Sequence record: SRR22947725_3492
DNA length: 48,285 nucleotides
Reading direction: 5' to 3' (one strand)
Under the pieces are notes generated by a model, which was given only the letters and a program-made list of their open reading frames with translations, made no database searches and was not told where the DNA came from. The position numbers and the translations under genes were made by a program. Of this stretch, positions 9,736 through 19,890 are shown in pieces; the stretch's first letter is position 1; each line of letters starts with the position of its first letter.

Positions 9736-10599
9736 TCAGATCTTTACCTGATATTCAGCTAGACCAGCTATATCAGTTTTAAAGTGAAATACTTTACCAG
9801 CCATAGGCTCAGTTTTCAAATCATTATTATTTAATCCTTGAGATGCAGAAGTGATATACAAGGTATCAAAAAACTTCCCACCAAGAGATGGGCAGGTAAC
9901 TTGAGATACTGGAACCTCTTCAACTCGATCCAGCCACCCTTCAGGACTATATCTCGCAACTCTAGAGGCGCCATACTGAGCATTCCAAATATAACCCTTG
10001 CTATCGCAGATAGAGCCATCTGGATGAAGCCCTTGAGCTTTAAGATTGATAAATATTGAGGGCTCATAGAGGGGCCAACCAGTCAATTGGTCTAGATCCT
10101 GCTTTAAGATTTTTTTTTGAGATGTATCAGTAAAATAAACAAACTTCCTATCAGGTGAAAAACAAATACTATTTGGAATAGTAATACCTTCATGTAATTT
10201 TTTTAGCTGGCCTTGATAAAATCGATAAATCGAACCAGCGCCTTGCTCTGCCCTAAGGCCCATTGTTCCTATCCAAAAACCGCCCCATGGATCAGCTCGG
10301 CCATCATTTGAGCGAGTATGAGGCATGTCAGTCTCTAAATCAACTAAAATCTCTCTGGTATCCTTTGAAATTGAGAACTTTATCAATGCGGATGCACTTG
10401 CAATAATGAGATGGTCTTCATCAATCCAGCCTGCTGCTGAAACTGGCTCAGAAAATGTCCAAGTCTTCAGTATGCCATTCTTCCAGTTAAACATCTTGTG
10501 AGTGTTGATGTCAAACCAAAACAGAGATTCTCGTTGTGGGTGCCATAGAGGACCCTCTCCAAGACTACAAGGCTCTATAGGTAAGAACTCAGTTATCAT
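9736..10599 (-). CDS. SMP-30/gluconolactonase-family protein; probable galactonolactonase
   Basis: LGEGPLW, RSNDGRADPWG, IPNSICFSPD, PDG and TCP. It lies inside the galactose operon. Confidence 0.88.
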   Translation of the reverse strand: MITEFLPIEPCSLGEGPLWHPQRESLFWFDINTHKMFNWKNGILKTWTFSEPVSAAGWIDEDHLIIASASALIKFSISKDTREILVDLETDMPHTRSNDGRADPWGGFWIGTMGLRAEQGAGSIYRFYQGQLKKLHEGITIPNSICFSPDRKFVYFTDTSQKKILKQDLDQLTGWPLYEPSIFINLKAQGLHPDGSICDSKGYIWNAQYGASRVARYSPEGWLDRVEEVPVSQVTCPSLGGKFFDTLYITSASQGLNNNDLKTEPMAGKVFHFKTDIAGLAEYQVKI

Positions 10600-11201
10600 T
10601 ATTTAGCTTTATCATAAGATAAAACAATATACTTTGCTTTTTCATAAACAATTTCAGGGCTATCACCGGCTTTGTATAGTCCAGAGCCAATTCCAAAACC
10701 AGTTGCTCCAGCTTTAAACCATGATAAAAAGTTTTCTGGCCCTACTCCACCAACCATGTAAAAAGGAATATCTTTAGGAAGAATTGCCTTAAGAGCCTTA
10801 AAATTTTCAATTCCTAAAAGTGAAGCTGGAAAAAACTTTAAGCCATCTGCACCAGAATTTATAGCAGAATAACACTCAGAAGCAGTTGTCACTCCAGGGT
10901 AGCTTATTATCTTAGCTTCTTTTGTGGCTTTAACAACTTCAGGATCAAAATTTGGTGACACTATAAAATCAACGCCAAGATGAGACAAAGCCAATACTTC
11001 TCCAATTTTGGTTACTGTTCCAGCACCAATTTGAATATGGCCACTAAATTTTTTGCGGAGCAATCTTATACTTTCAAATGCATCAGGAGAATTAAGAGCA
11101 ACCTCAATATAATTGATACCTGAAATGGCAATGACTTGACTAATTTCTAATACTTCATTGGGCTTTATGCCTCTTAAAATTGCAATTATATTTCTACTCA
11201 T
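10599..11201 (-). CDS. dgoA: 2-dehydro-3-deoxy-6-phosphogalactonate aldolase
   Basis: IIAILRG, IEVALNSP, IGAGTV, IVSPN, LKFFPA, VGGV and GFGIGSGLYK. Adjacent to dgoK. Confidence 0.93.
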   Translation of the reverse strand: MSRNIIAILRGIKPNEVLEISQVIAISGINYIEVALNSPDAFESIRLLRKKFSGHIQIGAGTVTKIGEVLALSHLGVDFIVSPNFDPEVVKATKEAKIISYPGVTTASECYSAINSGADGLKFFPASLLGIENFKALKAILPKDIPFYMVGGVGPENFLSWFKAGATGFGIGSGLYKAGDSPEIVYEKAKYIVLSYDKAK

Positions 11202-11206
11202 AACTT

Positions 11207-12115
11207 CTACCTAATTTCTTTGTAAGCAGAACTTAATCCTGAAAGTGTTGCTGTTTCAAGACTAAATAAATTACTCTGCCCTCCAAGGATTTCTAGTCCT
11301 TGATAATATATATTTGATAGAAGCTCTGAACCAATGAGAGTAACATTGTTGTTTTTCCAATAGCTTTGAGCACCATTAAGTTCTAACCCTAAAAGAAGCC
11401 CTGATAACCGTGATCTAGCTTCATATCTATCCAAATCATTAACAATAGATTCAGATCTTAATGAAAAAAGATTGGAGGCAATTGAACCTGGATTTTGAAA
11501 TCCTTCATGAACCCCTATTTCAAAGCTGGCTTGGTTCCAACCCTTTATTGAGATGGAATGTCTGATTAGGGAATGATTTGATATTACTCCAAAAAGCTCA
11601 CCCGTCATAAAAGTTTTAAAATTTGTTATTTTTCCATCTTTTACTCTTACCCATTTTGAGTGAGTTCCTGGAAGACAAACAACACCATTAAAGTAAGGGT
11701 TTTTGGTAATAAATCCTGCAATTTGCGTTTCCTCACCCCTCATGATATCTGCAGGTTTGTTTTGCATCACTCCAGGGACTAAATTAACCTTGATGCGACT
11801 ATCATTTGTAACAGCAACGGTAAGTTGATTATGGTCTATTGGGACACAAGGTGTCTTTAGATAAGGAGTCTCATGCCAACCTTGTTTTGCACCAACCATC
11901 CCGCATGACATAACAGTTGTCACTTTATTATCATCAAGCCAGTTTTCGATGAGTCTCAATAGTACAGGCTCAAATTCATTTTGTTGAAGGTCTTTCATTC
12001 CCTCATTTGACTCCCTATATGCCAAAACATTGTCATTATCTCCAATTGCCCAGGCACGCATATGAGTTGTTCCCCAATCAGCAGCAATCCACTTCGCTTT
12101 TATATCCATCATCAT
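11207..12115 (-). CDS. dgoK: 2-dehydro-3-deoxygalactonokinase
   Basis: AADWGTTHMRAW, CGMVGAKQGW, DIMRGEETQIAG, LPGTHSKWV and FMTGELF. Confidence 0.95.
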   Translation of the reverse strand: MMMDIKAKWIAADWGTTHMRAWAIGDNDNVLAYRESNEGMKDLQQNEFEPVLLRLIENWLDDNKVTTVMSCGMVGAKQGWHETPYLKTPCVPIDHNQLTVAVTNDSRIKVNLVPGVMQNKPADIMRGEETQIAGFITKNPYFNGVVCLPGTHSKWVRVKDGKITNFKTFMTGELFGVISNHSLIRHSISIKGWNQASFEIGVHEGFQNPGSIASNLFSLRSESIVNDLDRYEARSRLSGLLLGLELNGAQSYWKNNNVTLIGSELLSNIYYQGLEILGGQSNLFSLETATLSGLSSAYKEIR

Positions 12116-12123
12116 TATTTTTT

Positions 12124-12894
12124 TTATCCTGTAACTGCAACGCCGCCATCTATCACTAATGCTTGTCCAGTCATCATTCGAGATGCATTTGAAGCCAAGA
12201 ATAATGCTGAGTCAATTAGATCATTAGGCATTAGGTGCTCCTTAATGCATTGTTTTTCCATAGTAACTGCCAAATCTTTTTCATTTGCCCAAAGCTTTAC
12301 CTGTCTCTCAGTTAGAACCCATCCAGGAATCAACGTATTCACTCTAATTCCATCAGGACCAAGTTCTCTCGCTAAACTCCTGGTAAGACCTGTAATTCCA
12401 GCTTTAGAAGTAACATAAGCTGGTAGCCCAGCATTCCCTGTTAAATAGGAGTTAGATGAAAAATTAATGATGCTACCTCCACCCTGAGACTTCATCATTG
12501 GAGCTATAGCTTGAGCCGTAAAGAAATGTGGCTTTAGATTAATATTAATTGCTTCATCCCATTCTGCTGAGGTCATCTCTTCAAGCGTGTGACGCGAATC
12601 ATTTGCCGCATTGTTAATGAGCACATTTATTCCACCGTTGACTTGGCTTGCATGAGCTATTGCTTTCTTTAGATCATCTATGCGAGTAATATCGCATTTT
12701 ATAAATAATGGCTTGTGCTTATACTGTGAAGAAACTTTACTTAAAAATTCATCACAATCAGACCTTTGAACAAAGGCTACTTTGGCCCCTTGAGATAAAA
12801 ACCCTTCAGTTATGGAGGCGCCAATCCCAGAACCTCCTCCAGTTATAAAAACAGAAGTATCTTCTAAATCTTTAAAGGTTGCATAATTTTGCAT
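12124..12894 (-). CDS. SDR oxidoreductase; probable D-galactose 1-dehydrogenase
   Basis: TGGGSGIG, NNAANDSRH, YVTSK and PGWVLTERQ, typical of the aldose dehydrogenase SDR subfamily. De Ley-Doudoroff context. Confidence 0.8.
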   Translation of the reverse strand: MQNYATFKDLEDTSVFITGGGSGIGASITEGFLSQGAKVAFVQRSDCDEFLSKVSSQYKHKPLFIKCDITRIDDLKKAIAHASQVNGGINVLINNAANDSRHTLEEMTSAEWDEAININLKPHFFTAQAIAPMMKSQGGGSIINFSSNSYLTGNAGLPAYVTSKAGITGLTRSLARELGPDGIRVNTLIPGWVLTERQVKLWANEKDLAVTMEKQCIKEHLMPNDLIDSALFLASNASRMMTGQALVIDGGVAVTG

Positions 12895-14609
12895 TAGTGT
12901 GATTCTCGAGTTGGTAGGCGGGTATCTTTACCCACCAGAAAGTCTAAGTCTGCACCTTTGTCAGCCTGCATGACGTTATCAATATAAAGCTTTGCATAGC
13001 CGCGAGTGTAGTTCTCTTTTGGCTGCTTTCTAGATTTTAAGCGCTTTTCAATTTCAGATTCTGGAACGAGAAGCTCAAGCAAGCCTTGACTAACATCAAT
13101 TTGAATTCGATCGCCAGTCTCAACAATTGAAATCGGTCCACCCACATTTGCCTCAGGAGCAACATGAAGAACTATGGTTCCAAATGCTGTGCCTGACATT
13201 CGTGCATCTGAAATACGAATCATATCCCTCACGCCCTGCTCAACAAGTACCTTAGGGATTGGCATATTGCCAACTTCTGGCATTCCAGGATAGCCCTTGG
13301 GGCCACACCCTTTTAGAACTAGAATTGTATTTTTTGTAACAGGAAGATCAGGCCTATCAATATTAGCTTTCATATCCTCAATATCTTCAAATACATACGC
13401 CAAGCCTTCATGCTTAAGCAAGTCTTCTGTTGCAGCTGCTGGCTTAATGATTGCACCATCTGGCGCTAAGTTTCCTCTAAGAACTTTTAAGCCAGCAGAT
13501 GCCTTGAGAGGGGCTTTAAAAGTTTTAATGACCTCTTTATTTAATATTTCAGCCTCATCAAAATAATGAGTAATGTCTTTATTGAGAATTGTATTTGCTG
13601 GCTTAATATGGCTTCTGATCTGATCCATAACAGCTGGGATGCCACCTGCATAACAAAAATCTTCCATAAGATATTTGCCTGAAGGCATCAGATTGACTAG
13701 CAATGGAATATCTTCAGCCTTTTCAAAGTCTGCTAAGTTAAGCTCAATTTCTGCCCTTCCTGCTAACGCCAATAAGTGAATAACTGAATTTGTAGATCCA
13801 CCAATCGCACTGTTAAGGGTAATTGCGTTTTGGAAGCTTTCTTTGGTTAAAACTTTTGACAAGTTAAGCTCCTCTTCAACCATCTCTACAATTCTTTTTC
13901 CGGATAAATGAGCAAGTGTCAATCTCCTTGCGTCAACTGCTGGAAGTGTGGCATTAGTTGGCAAACTAAGGCCCATTCCTTCAACAAGACTGGCCATCGT
14001 AGAAGCTGTTCCCATTGTCATACATACTCCAGACGAGCGGCTCATCCCAGTTTCAGCAGCCATAAATTCTTTTAATGTCATATCTCCTGCTCTGACCTCT
14101 TCTGAAAAACGCCATACATCGGTACCAGAGCCAATATCTTGTCCTTTATATTTGCCATTTAGCATGGGGCCTGAAGAAACAACAATAGTTGGCAAATCGA
14201 CACTTGCCGCACCCATCAGTTGCCCAGGTGTCGTTTTATCACAGCCGCCCAATAGAACAACCCCATCTATTCCATATGCCCTAATACTTTCCTCTACATC
14301 CATCGATAAAAGATTTCTAAATAACATAGCGGTAGGTTTCATTTGAGTCTCACCTAAAGACATCACTGGAAACTCTAGAGGTACACCCCCTGCCTCCCAA
14401 ACGCCTCGCTTTACTCCTTCTGCTAGTTTTCTTAAGCCAGCATTGCAAGGGGTAAGCTCTGACCAGGTGTTACATATTCCGATAATTGGTCGACCGTCGA
14501 AAACATGGTCTGGAAGGCCTTGACTCTTCATCCAGCTGCGATGAATAAAGCCATCTTTATCCATTTTTCCGTACCAGTTTGATGAGCGTCGTTTGTTAGT
14601 TTTACTCAT
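12894..14609 (-). CDS. IlvD/Edd-family sugar-acid dehydratase; probable galactonate/arabinonate dehydratase
   Basis: IGICNTWSELTPCN, GGCDKTTPG, CMTMGTASTM, GGSTN, GPKGYPGMPE and ISDARMSGT. Confidence 0.88.
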   Translation of the reverse strand: MSKTNKRRSSNWYGKMDKDGFIHRSWMKSQGLPDHVFDGRPIIGICNTWSELTPCNAGLRKLAEGVKRGVWEAGGVPLEFPVMSLGETQMKPTAMLFRNLLSMDVEESIRAYGIDGVVLLGGCDKTTPGQLMGAASVDLPTIVVSSGPMLNGKYKGQDIGSGTDVWRFSEEVRAGDMTLKEFMAAETGMSRSSGVCMTMGTASTMASLVEGMGLSLPTNATLPAVDARRLTLAHLSGKRIVEMVEEELNLSKVLTKESFQNAITLNSAIGGSTNSVIHLLALAGRAEIELNLADFEKAEDIPLLVNLMPSGKYLMEDFCYAGGIPAVMDQIRSHIKPANTILNKDITHYFDEAEILNKEVIKTFKAPLKASAGLKVLRGNLAPDGAIIKPAAATEDLLKHEGLAYVFEDIEDMKANIDRPDLPVTKNTILVLKGCGPKGYPGMPEVGNMPIPKVLVEQGVRDMIRISDARMSGTAFGTIVLHVAPEANVGGPISIVETGDRIQIDVSQGLLELLVPESEIEKRLKSRKQPKENYTRGYAKLYIDNVMQADKGADLDFLVGKDTRLPTRESH

Positions 14610-16687
14610 AAAGCTATATCTCCCTCAATGACCAACATATTTGCAGGAAAAACTTTAGGAAGTTGTATACCTTGAGTCATCAAAAATTGACCACTTAGCT
14701 TTAATGTTTTGGTTAAAAGACCCTCTTTCAATTTACTCAACGAATTAATTTCTTTTTTGTTAACAAGAGAAACATTATACATCGTCATTGGGTTTAACCC
14801 CTCAAGCAACAAAGGAGTTGGAGAGCTAAATTTTGATGAATTACTTTGGCCCACAAAAACTACAAAATGATCTAGGCTAGCGTTAACTTGAATTTCAGCC
14901 ATCACACTTTCATCAATACTGGGTAAACGGAAAATACTCGCTTCTACCATCCATTGGCGGTTGACCTTCCACCAGGTAGTTACTGATTTAAGTAAGTCTT
15001 TGTCTTGTGAGTTCAATTCACGAGGATCCATTTCAAAACCCATGTGTCTTTGGGCGGCAACCCAAGCCCTAAATGACATAGATAATTCGCGTCCAGAGGT
15101 GTGGCAAATCTTAGGACCTACATGACTTCCAGTTACAGATATAGGAAGCCATAACAAAGCTTCATGTTGAATACGTAGCCTTTCTAGAGCATCATTACTG
15201 TCTGAAAGCCAAACTCTTTGAGCATATCTCAAAATACCATAATCAATGCGGCCACCACCTGAGGAACAAGACTCAATCTCAACCTCTGGGTGTGAGTCAC
15301 GAATCCGGTTCAGAAGCAGGTAAAGAGATCGTGTTTGGGACGCATCTGGATAGGGCAAAACTCGATTATGATCCCACTTAATATATTCAATTGGATAAAT
15401 TTCAAGTAAAGCGCTGACCTTCTCAAAGAGATAATCTTGAACCTCTTCCAATGAGATATCAAGAACTAACTGACCTCTTCCAAGCAATTGATTCTCATCT
15501 CCCATGATCCAATTTGGATGCTGACGATACAAGTCGCTATCAGGACTCACCATTTCTGGCTCAAACCATAACCCAAAAGTCATACCAAGAGACTGAATAT
15601 GATCAACCAATGGGCTTAGCCCCCGTGGATATTTAATTTCATCAACAGTCCAGTCGCCAAGGCTAGAATGGGCATTATGGCGACCCTTAAACCATCCATC
15701 ATCCAGTACAAATCTCTCAGCTCCAATATCAAAAGCGAGGCTTGCTATTTCTTTTAATTGATCAACATTATGGTCAAAATAGATAGCCTCCCAGCAATTG
15801 TAATGGACAGGTCTCAATTTATCCTTAGAAAAATTAACAATAGATTCTGCTACATGCGATCTAAATGCCTTACCAATTCCACTTAATCCCTCTGAAGAGT
15901 GACTAATAAATAATTCTGCCGTTTCAAAACTCTTACCCGGACTAAGCTCACTATTTTCAGTATTGCCAAATTGAATCTGCCTTCGTCCATCTGGAAGCTG
16001 CTCTGCTATCATTCGATGCCCGCCAGACCAGCCATAATGAAAACCATAGCAAGAACCTAAATTTTCTGAGCACGCCTTAGAAGGAATGATTAAACCAGGG
16101 AAATTAGCGTGGCTCGTTGTGCCAGATCTTGACTCCCTCATGTGCACTCCTGTGACCCACGGTGTTAATTGTTTTCTGAATTCTCCGCCCCACTGTCCTC
16201 CATAATCAATCATCTCATTACTGCTCTGAGAAGCAGCAATAACAGGGGTAGACAACCACTCCATATTGATTGGATTGTCACTTTCAATCTTGGCACTCAA
16301 AGCAAAAATATCATTACTTGAATAGGCAGTTATTGAAGCTATATAGGTTAAGTCTAGTGCTTTGTCAATATAGGTCAAAGCTAGTAGGTTATTATTAACC
16401 ACTTCACTTTGAAAAATAAAATGAGGCGATAGGATTTGGCCATTAATATCTCTTATCTTGCATCCAAGCTGTCCAGTAAAGTTAGCAGACTGTTCAGGAA
16501 GGATTGATAGATCAGGAACCTTATCTAATAAGTTATCACCCCAATCTTTTTTGGAGGCTTCAATTAGATCATCTAAACTTTCATCGCCCGGTAATTTCTG
16601 ACCCCAATAAATTAGGCACGGAACCCTATTGTCCAAAGATGACAATACTAGCGTTTGGTTATCAGTATCTAGGCGCCAGTGTTTCAT
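14606..16687 (-). CDS. Alpha-galactosidase, glycoside hydrolase family 36
   Basis: HYNCWEA, FVLDDGWF, FGLWFEPEMV, YIKWDHNR (nucleophile), ESCSSGGGR and WLSDSND (acid/base). Confidence 0.94.
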   Translation of the reverse strand: MKHWRLDTDNQTLVLSSLDNRVPCLIYWGQKLPGDESLDDLIEASKKDWGDNLLDKVPDLSILPEQSANFTGQLGCKIRDINGQILSPHFIFQSEVVNNNLLALTYIDKALDLTYIASITAYSSNDIFALSAKIESDNPINMEWLSTPVIAASQSSNEMIDYGGQWGGEFRKQLTPWVTGVHMRESRSGTTSHANFPGLIIPSKACSENLGSCYGFHYGWSGGHRMIAEQLPDGRRQIQFGNTENSELSPGKSFETAELFISHSSEGLSGIGKAFRSHVAESIVNFSKDKLRPVHYNCWEAIYFDHNVDQLKEIASLAFDIGAERFVLDDGWFKGRHNAHSSLGDWTVDEIKYPRGLSPLVDHIQSLGMTFGLWFEPEMVSPDSDLYRQHPNWIMGDENQLLGRGQLVLDISLEEVQDYLFEKVSALLEIYPIEYIKWDHNRVLPYPDASQTRSLYLLLNRIRDSHPEVEIESCSSGGGRIDYGILRYAQRVWLSDSNDALERLRIQHEALLWLPISVTGSHVGPKICHTSGRELSMSFRAWVAAQRHMGFEMDPRELNSQDKDLLKSVTTWWKVNRQWMVEASIFRLPSIDESVMAEIQVNASLDHFVVFVGQSNSSKFSSPTPLLLEGLNPMTMYNVSLVNKKEINSLSKLKEGLLTKTLKLSGQFLMTQGIQLPKVFPANMLVIEGDIAL

Positions 16688-17535
16688 TACTTCACAGCTC
16701 CTAAAGTTAAACCAGCAATAAAATGCTTCTGCATTAAAAAGAACATTAGGACTGGAGGTAGGGCTGCTATTATCGAGCCAGCCGATACAAGATGCTGATT
16801 ATAAACCCATTGTCCATTAAGAGAGTTTAAGCCTGCTGTAACAGGCATTGCATCTGCACCCTGAGTTAACACAAGGGCCCAAAAATAATCATTCCAAATA
16901 AATGTAAAAATAAGAACTGACAAAGCCGCCATGGCTGGTCGCATCAATGGAAGAACGACATACCAAAAAATTTTAAACTCCGACACGCCCTCAACCCTAG
17001 CTGCCTCAATTAACTCAAATGGAAGAGCGCGAATAAAGTTGCGCATGAAAAAGGTACAAAAGCCAGTCTGAAATGCAATATGAAAAACAACCAGCCCCCA
17101 AACTGAGTTATACAATCCAAGAGAGAGTGATAGGTCTCTTACAGGAACCATGAGTATTTGAAAAGGAATAAAGTTGCCAGCAACAAACATAAAAAAGACA
17201 AATAGGTTCAGTTTGAAACGGTAAACACCCAATGCAAAACCTGTAAGGCTTGATAAAACTAATGCACCAATCACGGTTGGAATAGTTATTTTAAAACTAT
17301 TTAAAATGTAGTAACCAAGGGGAGAATCTGTAAAAACAGCGGTGTAGTTTTCAATAAAGTTAATTGAAGTTGGCATTCCCCAGTAGTTTCCTGAATTAAT
17401 ATCTGCTCCAGAGCGTATCGAAGTTAAAGCGACAGCTATGAGCGGAAGAAGCCAAATAATAATAGATAGAGGAAGCGCTATCTTGTAGATCAGTTGAGTT
17501 GATGGCTTGGTTCTTTCAATGGGTGTTGGAAACAT
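16687..17535 (-). CDS. Carbohydrate ABC transporter permease (MalG type)
   Basis: Several TM segments, EAA loop ELIEAARVEG and WNDYFW. Confidence 0.93.
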   Translation of the reverse strand: MFPTPIERTKPSTQLIYKIALPLSIIIWLLPLIAVALTSIRSGADINSGNYWGMPTSINFIENYTAVFTDSPLGYYILNSFKITIPTVIGALVLSSLTGFALGVYRFKLNLFVFFMFVAGNFIPFQILMVPVRDLSLSLGLYNSVWGLVVFHIAFQTGFCTFFMRNFIRALPFELIEAARVEGVSEFKIFWYVVLPLMRPAMAALSVLIFTFIWNDYFWALVLTQGADAMPVTAGLNSLNGQWVYNQHLVSAGSIIAALPPVLMFFLMQKHFIAGLTLGAVK

Positions 17536-17537
17536 AA

Positions 17538-18425
17538 CTAACCGCCCTTCTCATCTTTATAGAGTCTGTAAAGTATCATGGCAATATAAATCATCATAAT
17601 TAACAACAAAACAACGGCAATAGCAGCGCCATATCCCATTCGAAATCCATATTCTGAGAAAGCCTTCTCATACATATAGTAAGCAAGAACCCTACTGGAT
17701 CCCCACGGGCCACCACCAGTCATAATATCAATTAAATCAAATGACCTTAATGCGCCTATTATTGTTACAACAACTGCAATAAAGGTTGCAGGTTTGAGCT
17801 GCGGTAATATGACGTACCACAACATTCTCCAGCCTCTCGCATTATCGATTCGACCGGCCTCAATTTGTTCTGGATCAACAGAGTTTAGACCCGTTAAGTA
17901 CAGAATCATACAATATGCTGTTTGAGGCCATAAACCGGCAGCAATAATGCCGTAAGTCACATAATCCTCTTCAGCAAGAATAGCGATGGTATCAAAACCA
18001 AAAAATTCTAAGATAATATTTAAAAGGCCATTTGAAGGGTCATAAAACCAACTAAAAACTAATCCAACAACTACCTGAGAAATAACAAATGGAAAGAAGA
18101 ATATAGATTTATAGATTCTAATGCCTCTGACTGTTTGATTAAGAAATAAGGCTGCAAAAAGGCCTGCAGGAACCGCTAATAAGTATAAAACAAGCCAAAT
18201 AACGTTATTTTTTAATGAAACAAAAAAGTACTCATCATCCATCAACTCAATATAGTTTTCAACACCAATATAGGTCTTTGTTCCAAGGCCATTCCATTGA
18301 TAGAAGCTTAAACTGATTGATTGGAAAATTGGGAAAATAACATACAGAGAAAACATGAATATCCCTGGAGCTAAAAAAATCCAAGGTGCTATCTTCAGTT
18401 GGTTATTTTTCCAGTAAGAATACAT
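17538..18425 (-). CDS. Carbohydrate ABC transporter permease (MalF type)
   Basis: TM segments, EAGRIDNA loop, LRSFD and MTGGGP. Confidence 0.93.
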   Translation of the reverse strand: MYSYWKNNQLKIAPWIFLAPGIFMFSLYVIFPIFQSISLSFYQWNGLGTKTYIGVENYIELMDDEYFFVSLKNNVIWLVLYLLAVPAGLFAALFLNQTVRGIRIYKSIFFFPFVISQVVVGLVFSWFYDPSNGLLNIILEFFGFDTIAILAEEDYVTYGIIAAGLWPQTAYCMILYLTGLNSVDPEQIEAGRIDNARGWRMLWYVILPQLKPATFIAVVVTIIGALRSFDLIDIMTGGGPWGSSRVLAYYMYEKAFSEYGFRMGYGAAIAVVLLLIMMIYIAMILYRLYKDEKGG

Positions 18426-18448
18426 GCAGATTCAATATTAAAAATATT

Positions 18449-18487
18449 AAAAAAAAGTCCCGTGTCAAGAATACTTGAACACGGGAC
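18449..18487 (-). terminator. Intrinsic terminator or mRNA-stabilising hairpin after the sugar-binding protein gene
   Basis: Minus strand reads GTCCCGTGT-T-CAAG-TATT-CTTG-ACACGGGAC followed by T8. Confidence 0.85.
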
Positions 18488-18505
18488 ATAGTAAAACCTT
18501 ATTGA

Positions 18506-19744
18506 TTAATAAAGTTTTTGACGAGCTTTTTCTAGACGCTCTAGAATTTTCTCTAAACGCTCTGGCTTAACCATGAACTCTTGAAAAGCTTCCATACCAA
18601 TTGAAGCCATTTCTGCTTTTGTGTCACGATCATAGAACTGAGCAACACCACCAGGTGCGTCATTATTAAGCATATTGAACGCTTGGTTTAGGAACTTGTC
18701 ATCAGTCACACCTGCACCAGCATTTGTAGGCAGCTGACCTAACGCTTTATTCCAAGCGGTTTGGACATCAGGACGTGCAGCATATGCTAGGAAACGCTTA
18801 GCATCAACTGGGTTTTTAGCACCAGCAGTTAGATGAATCGTATCAGTAGGTGCTTCCTCAGCCATTGGAACTCCCGGAGTAATTGCAGGGAACTGGAACA
18901 AACCTAGAGAACTATCATCTAAGCCTAACTCTTTTAATGGAGCAACAGCAAAGTTACCCATAATATACATTGCAGCCTCGCCACTAGCCATTGGAGCTAA
19001 AGCTTCCTGCCAGCTAAGTGCAGCATGGTTTTCGAGGAAAAAATCACCATCAATCAGCTGTTGGTAGTTTGCCATAGTAGCGCGCACTCTATCATCAGTC
19101 CAAGCAATGTCACCACTCGTTAATGCCATATGAAATTCATATCCATTTGTACGAAGGTTTAAGTAGTCAAATACACCGCCAGCAGTCCATAAATATTTAG
19201 AACCAATAGTAATTGGTGTAATGCCGTTAGCTTTTAAAGTTTCACCAGCAGCTATAAACTCGTCCCAATTAGTTGGAACAGCAATACCTAAATCTTCAAA
19301 GATATCTTGACGGTAGTAGACTCCCCAGTTGTAGTAAGTGTAAGGGATACCCCATTTCTGGCCATCCATAGTCATACCTGGAGCTGAAGAAGCCATCAAT
19401 GAATACAGACCTTGGTCAGCCCATACATCATCAATTGGAGCAAAAAGACCAGCTTCAACAAATGGAGCCATTCTATTTCCTGCATACCAGAAAGCAATAT
19501 CAGGTGCATCAGCACTAAGGAAGTTACGTATTGCAGCCTTGTAACCTTCATGATCAAAAAGGTTATAAACAACATCTACGTCTGGGTTTTCAGCTTCAAA
19601 TCCATCAATAACAGCCTGGAAAGCAGCTTTTGGTGCTGGATCTGACGTGTCACCATTGATGACGAGTGTTCCAGCAACAGCAGAAGTACCAGCCAGGATT
19701 CCAGCTAGCGCTAAAGCTATTTGATTTTTAAAAATTTTTTTCAC
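18506..19744 (-). CDS. Sugar ABC transporter substrate-binding protein (family 1)
   Basis: GTG start with SD AGGAGA at 19751-19756, a Sec signal peptide, APDI, WGIPYTYYNWGVYY and QFYDRD. Confidence 0.93.
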   Translation of the reverse strand: MKKIFKNQIALALAGILAGTSAVAGTLVINGDTSDPAPKAAFQAVIDGFEAENPDVDVVYNLFDHEGYKAAIRNFLSADAPDIAFWYAGNRMAPFVEAGLFAPIDDVWADQGLYSLMASSAPGMTMDGQKWGIPYTYYNWGVYYRQDIFEDLGIAVPTNWDEFIAAGETLKANGITPITIGSKYLWTAGGVFDYLNLRTNGYEFHMALTSGDIAWTDDRVRATMANYQQLIDGDFFLENHAALSWQEALAPMASGEAAMYIMGNFAVAPLKELGLDDSSLGLFQFPAITPGVPMAEEAPTDTIHLTAGAKNPVDAKRFLAYAARPDVQTAWNKALGQLPTNAGAGVTDDKFLNQAFNMLNNDAPGGVAQFYDRDTKAEMASIGMEAFQEFMVKPERLEKILERLEKARQKLY

Positions 19745-19890
19745 TTTTTATCTCCTATTATTTAAAAAAGTAAACTTCTTATTGATTACATACTTGTTGT
19801 GATGAAATTCACCTAAATATGACAAATCAATAGTTAGTATACATAAATATGAATACATGTGAATATATTTGTCCAACTATTAGTACCTTG

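Noticed and set aside
12894-14609. Annotation as biosynthetic ilvD
   Set aside because: It has sugar-acid dehydratase subfamily motifs and lies inside the galactose operon.
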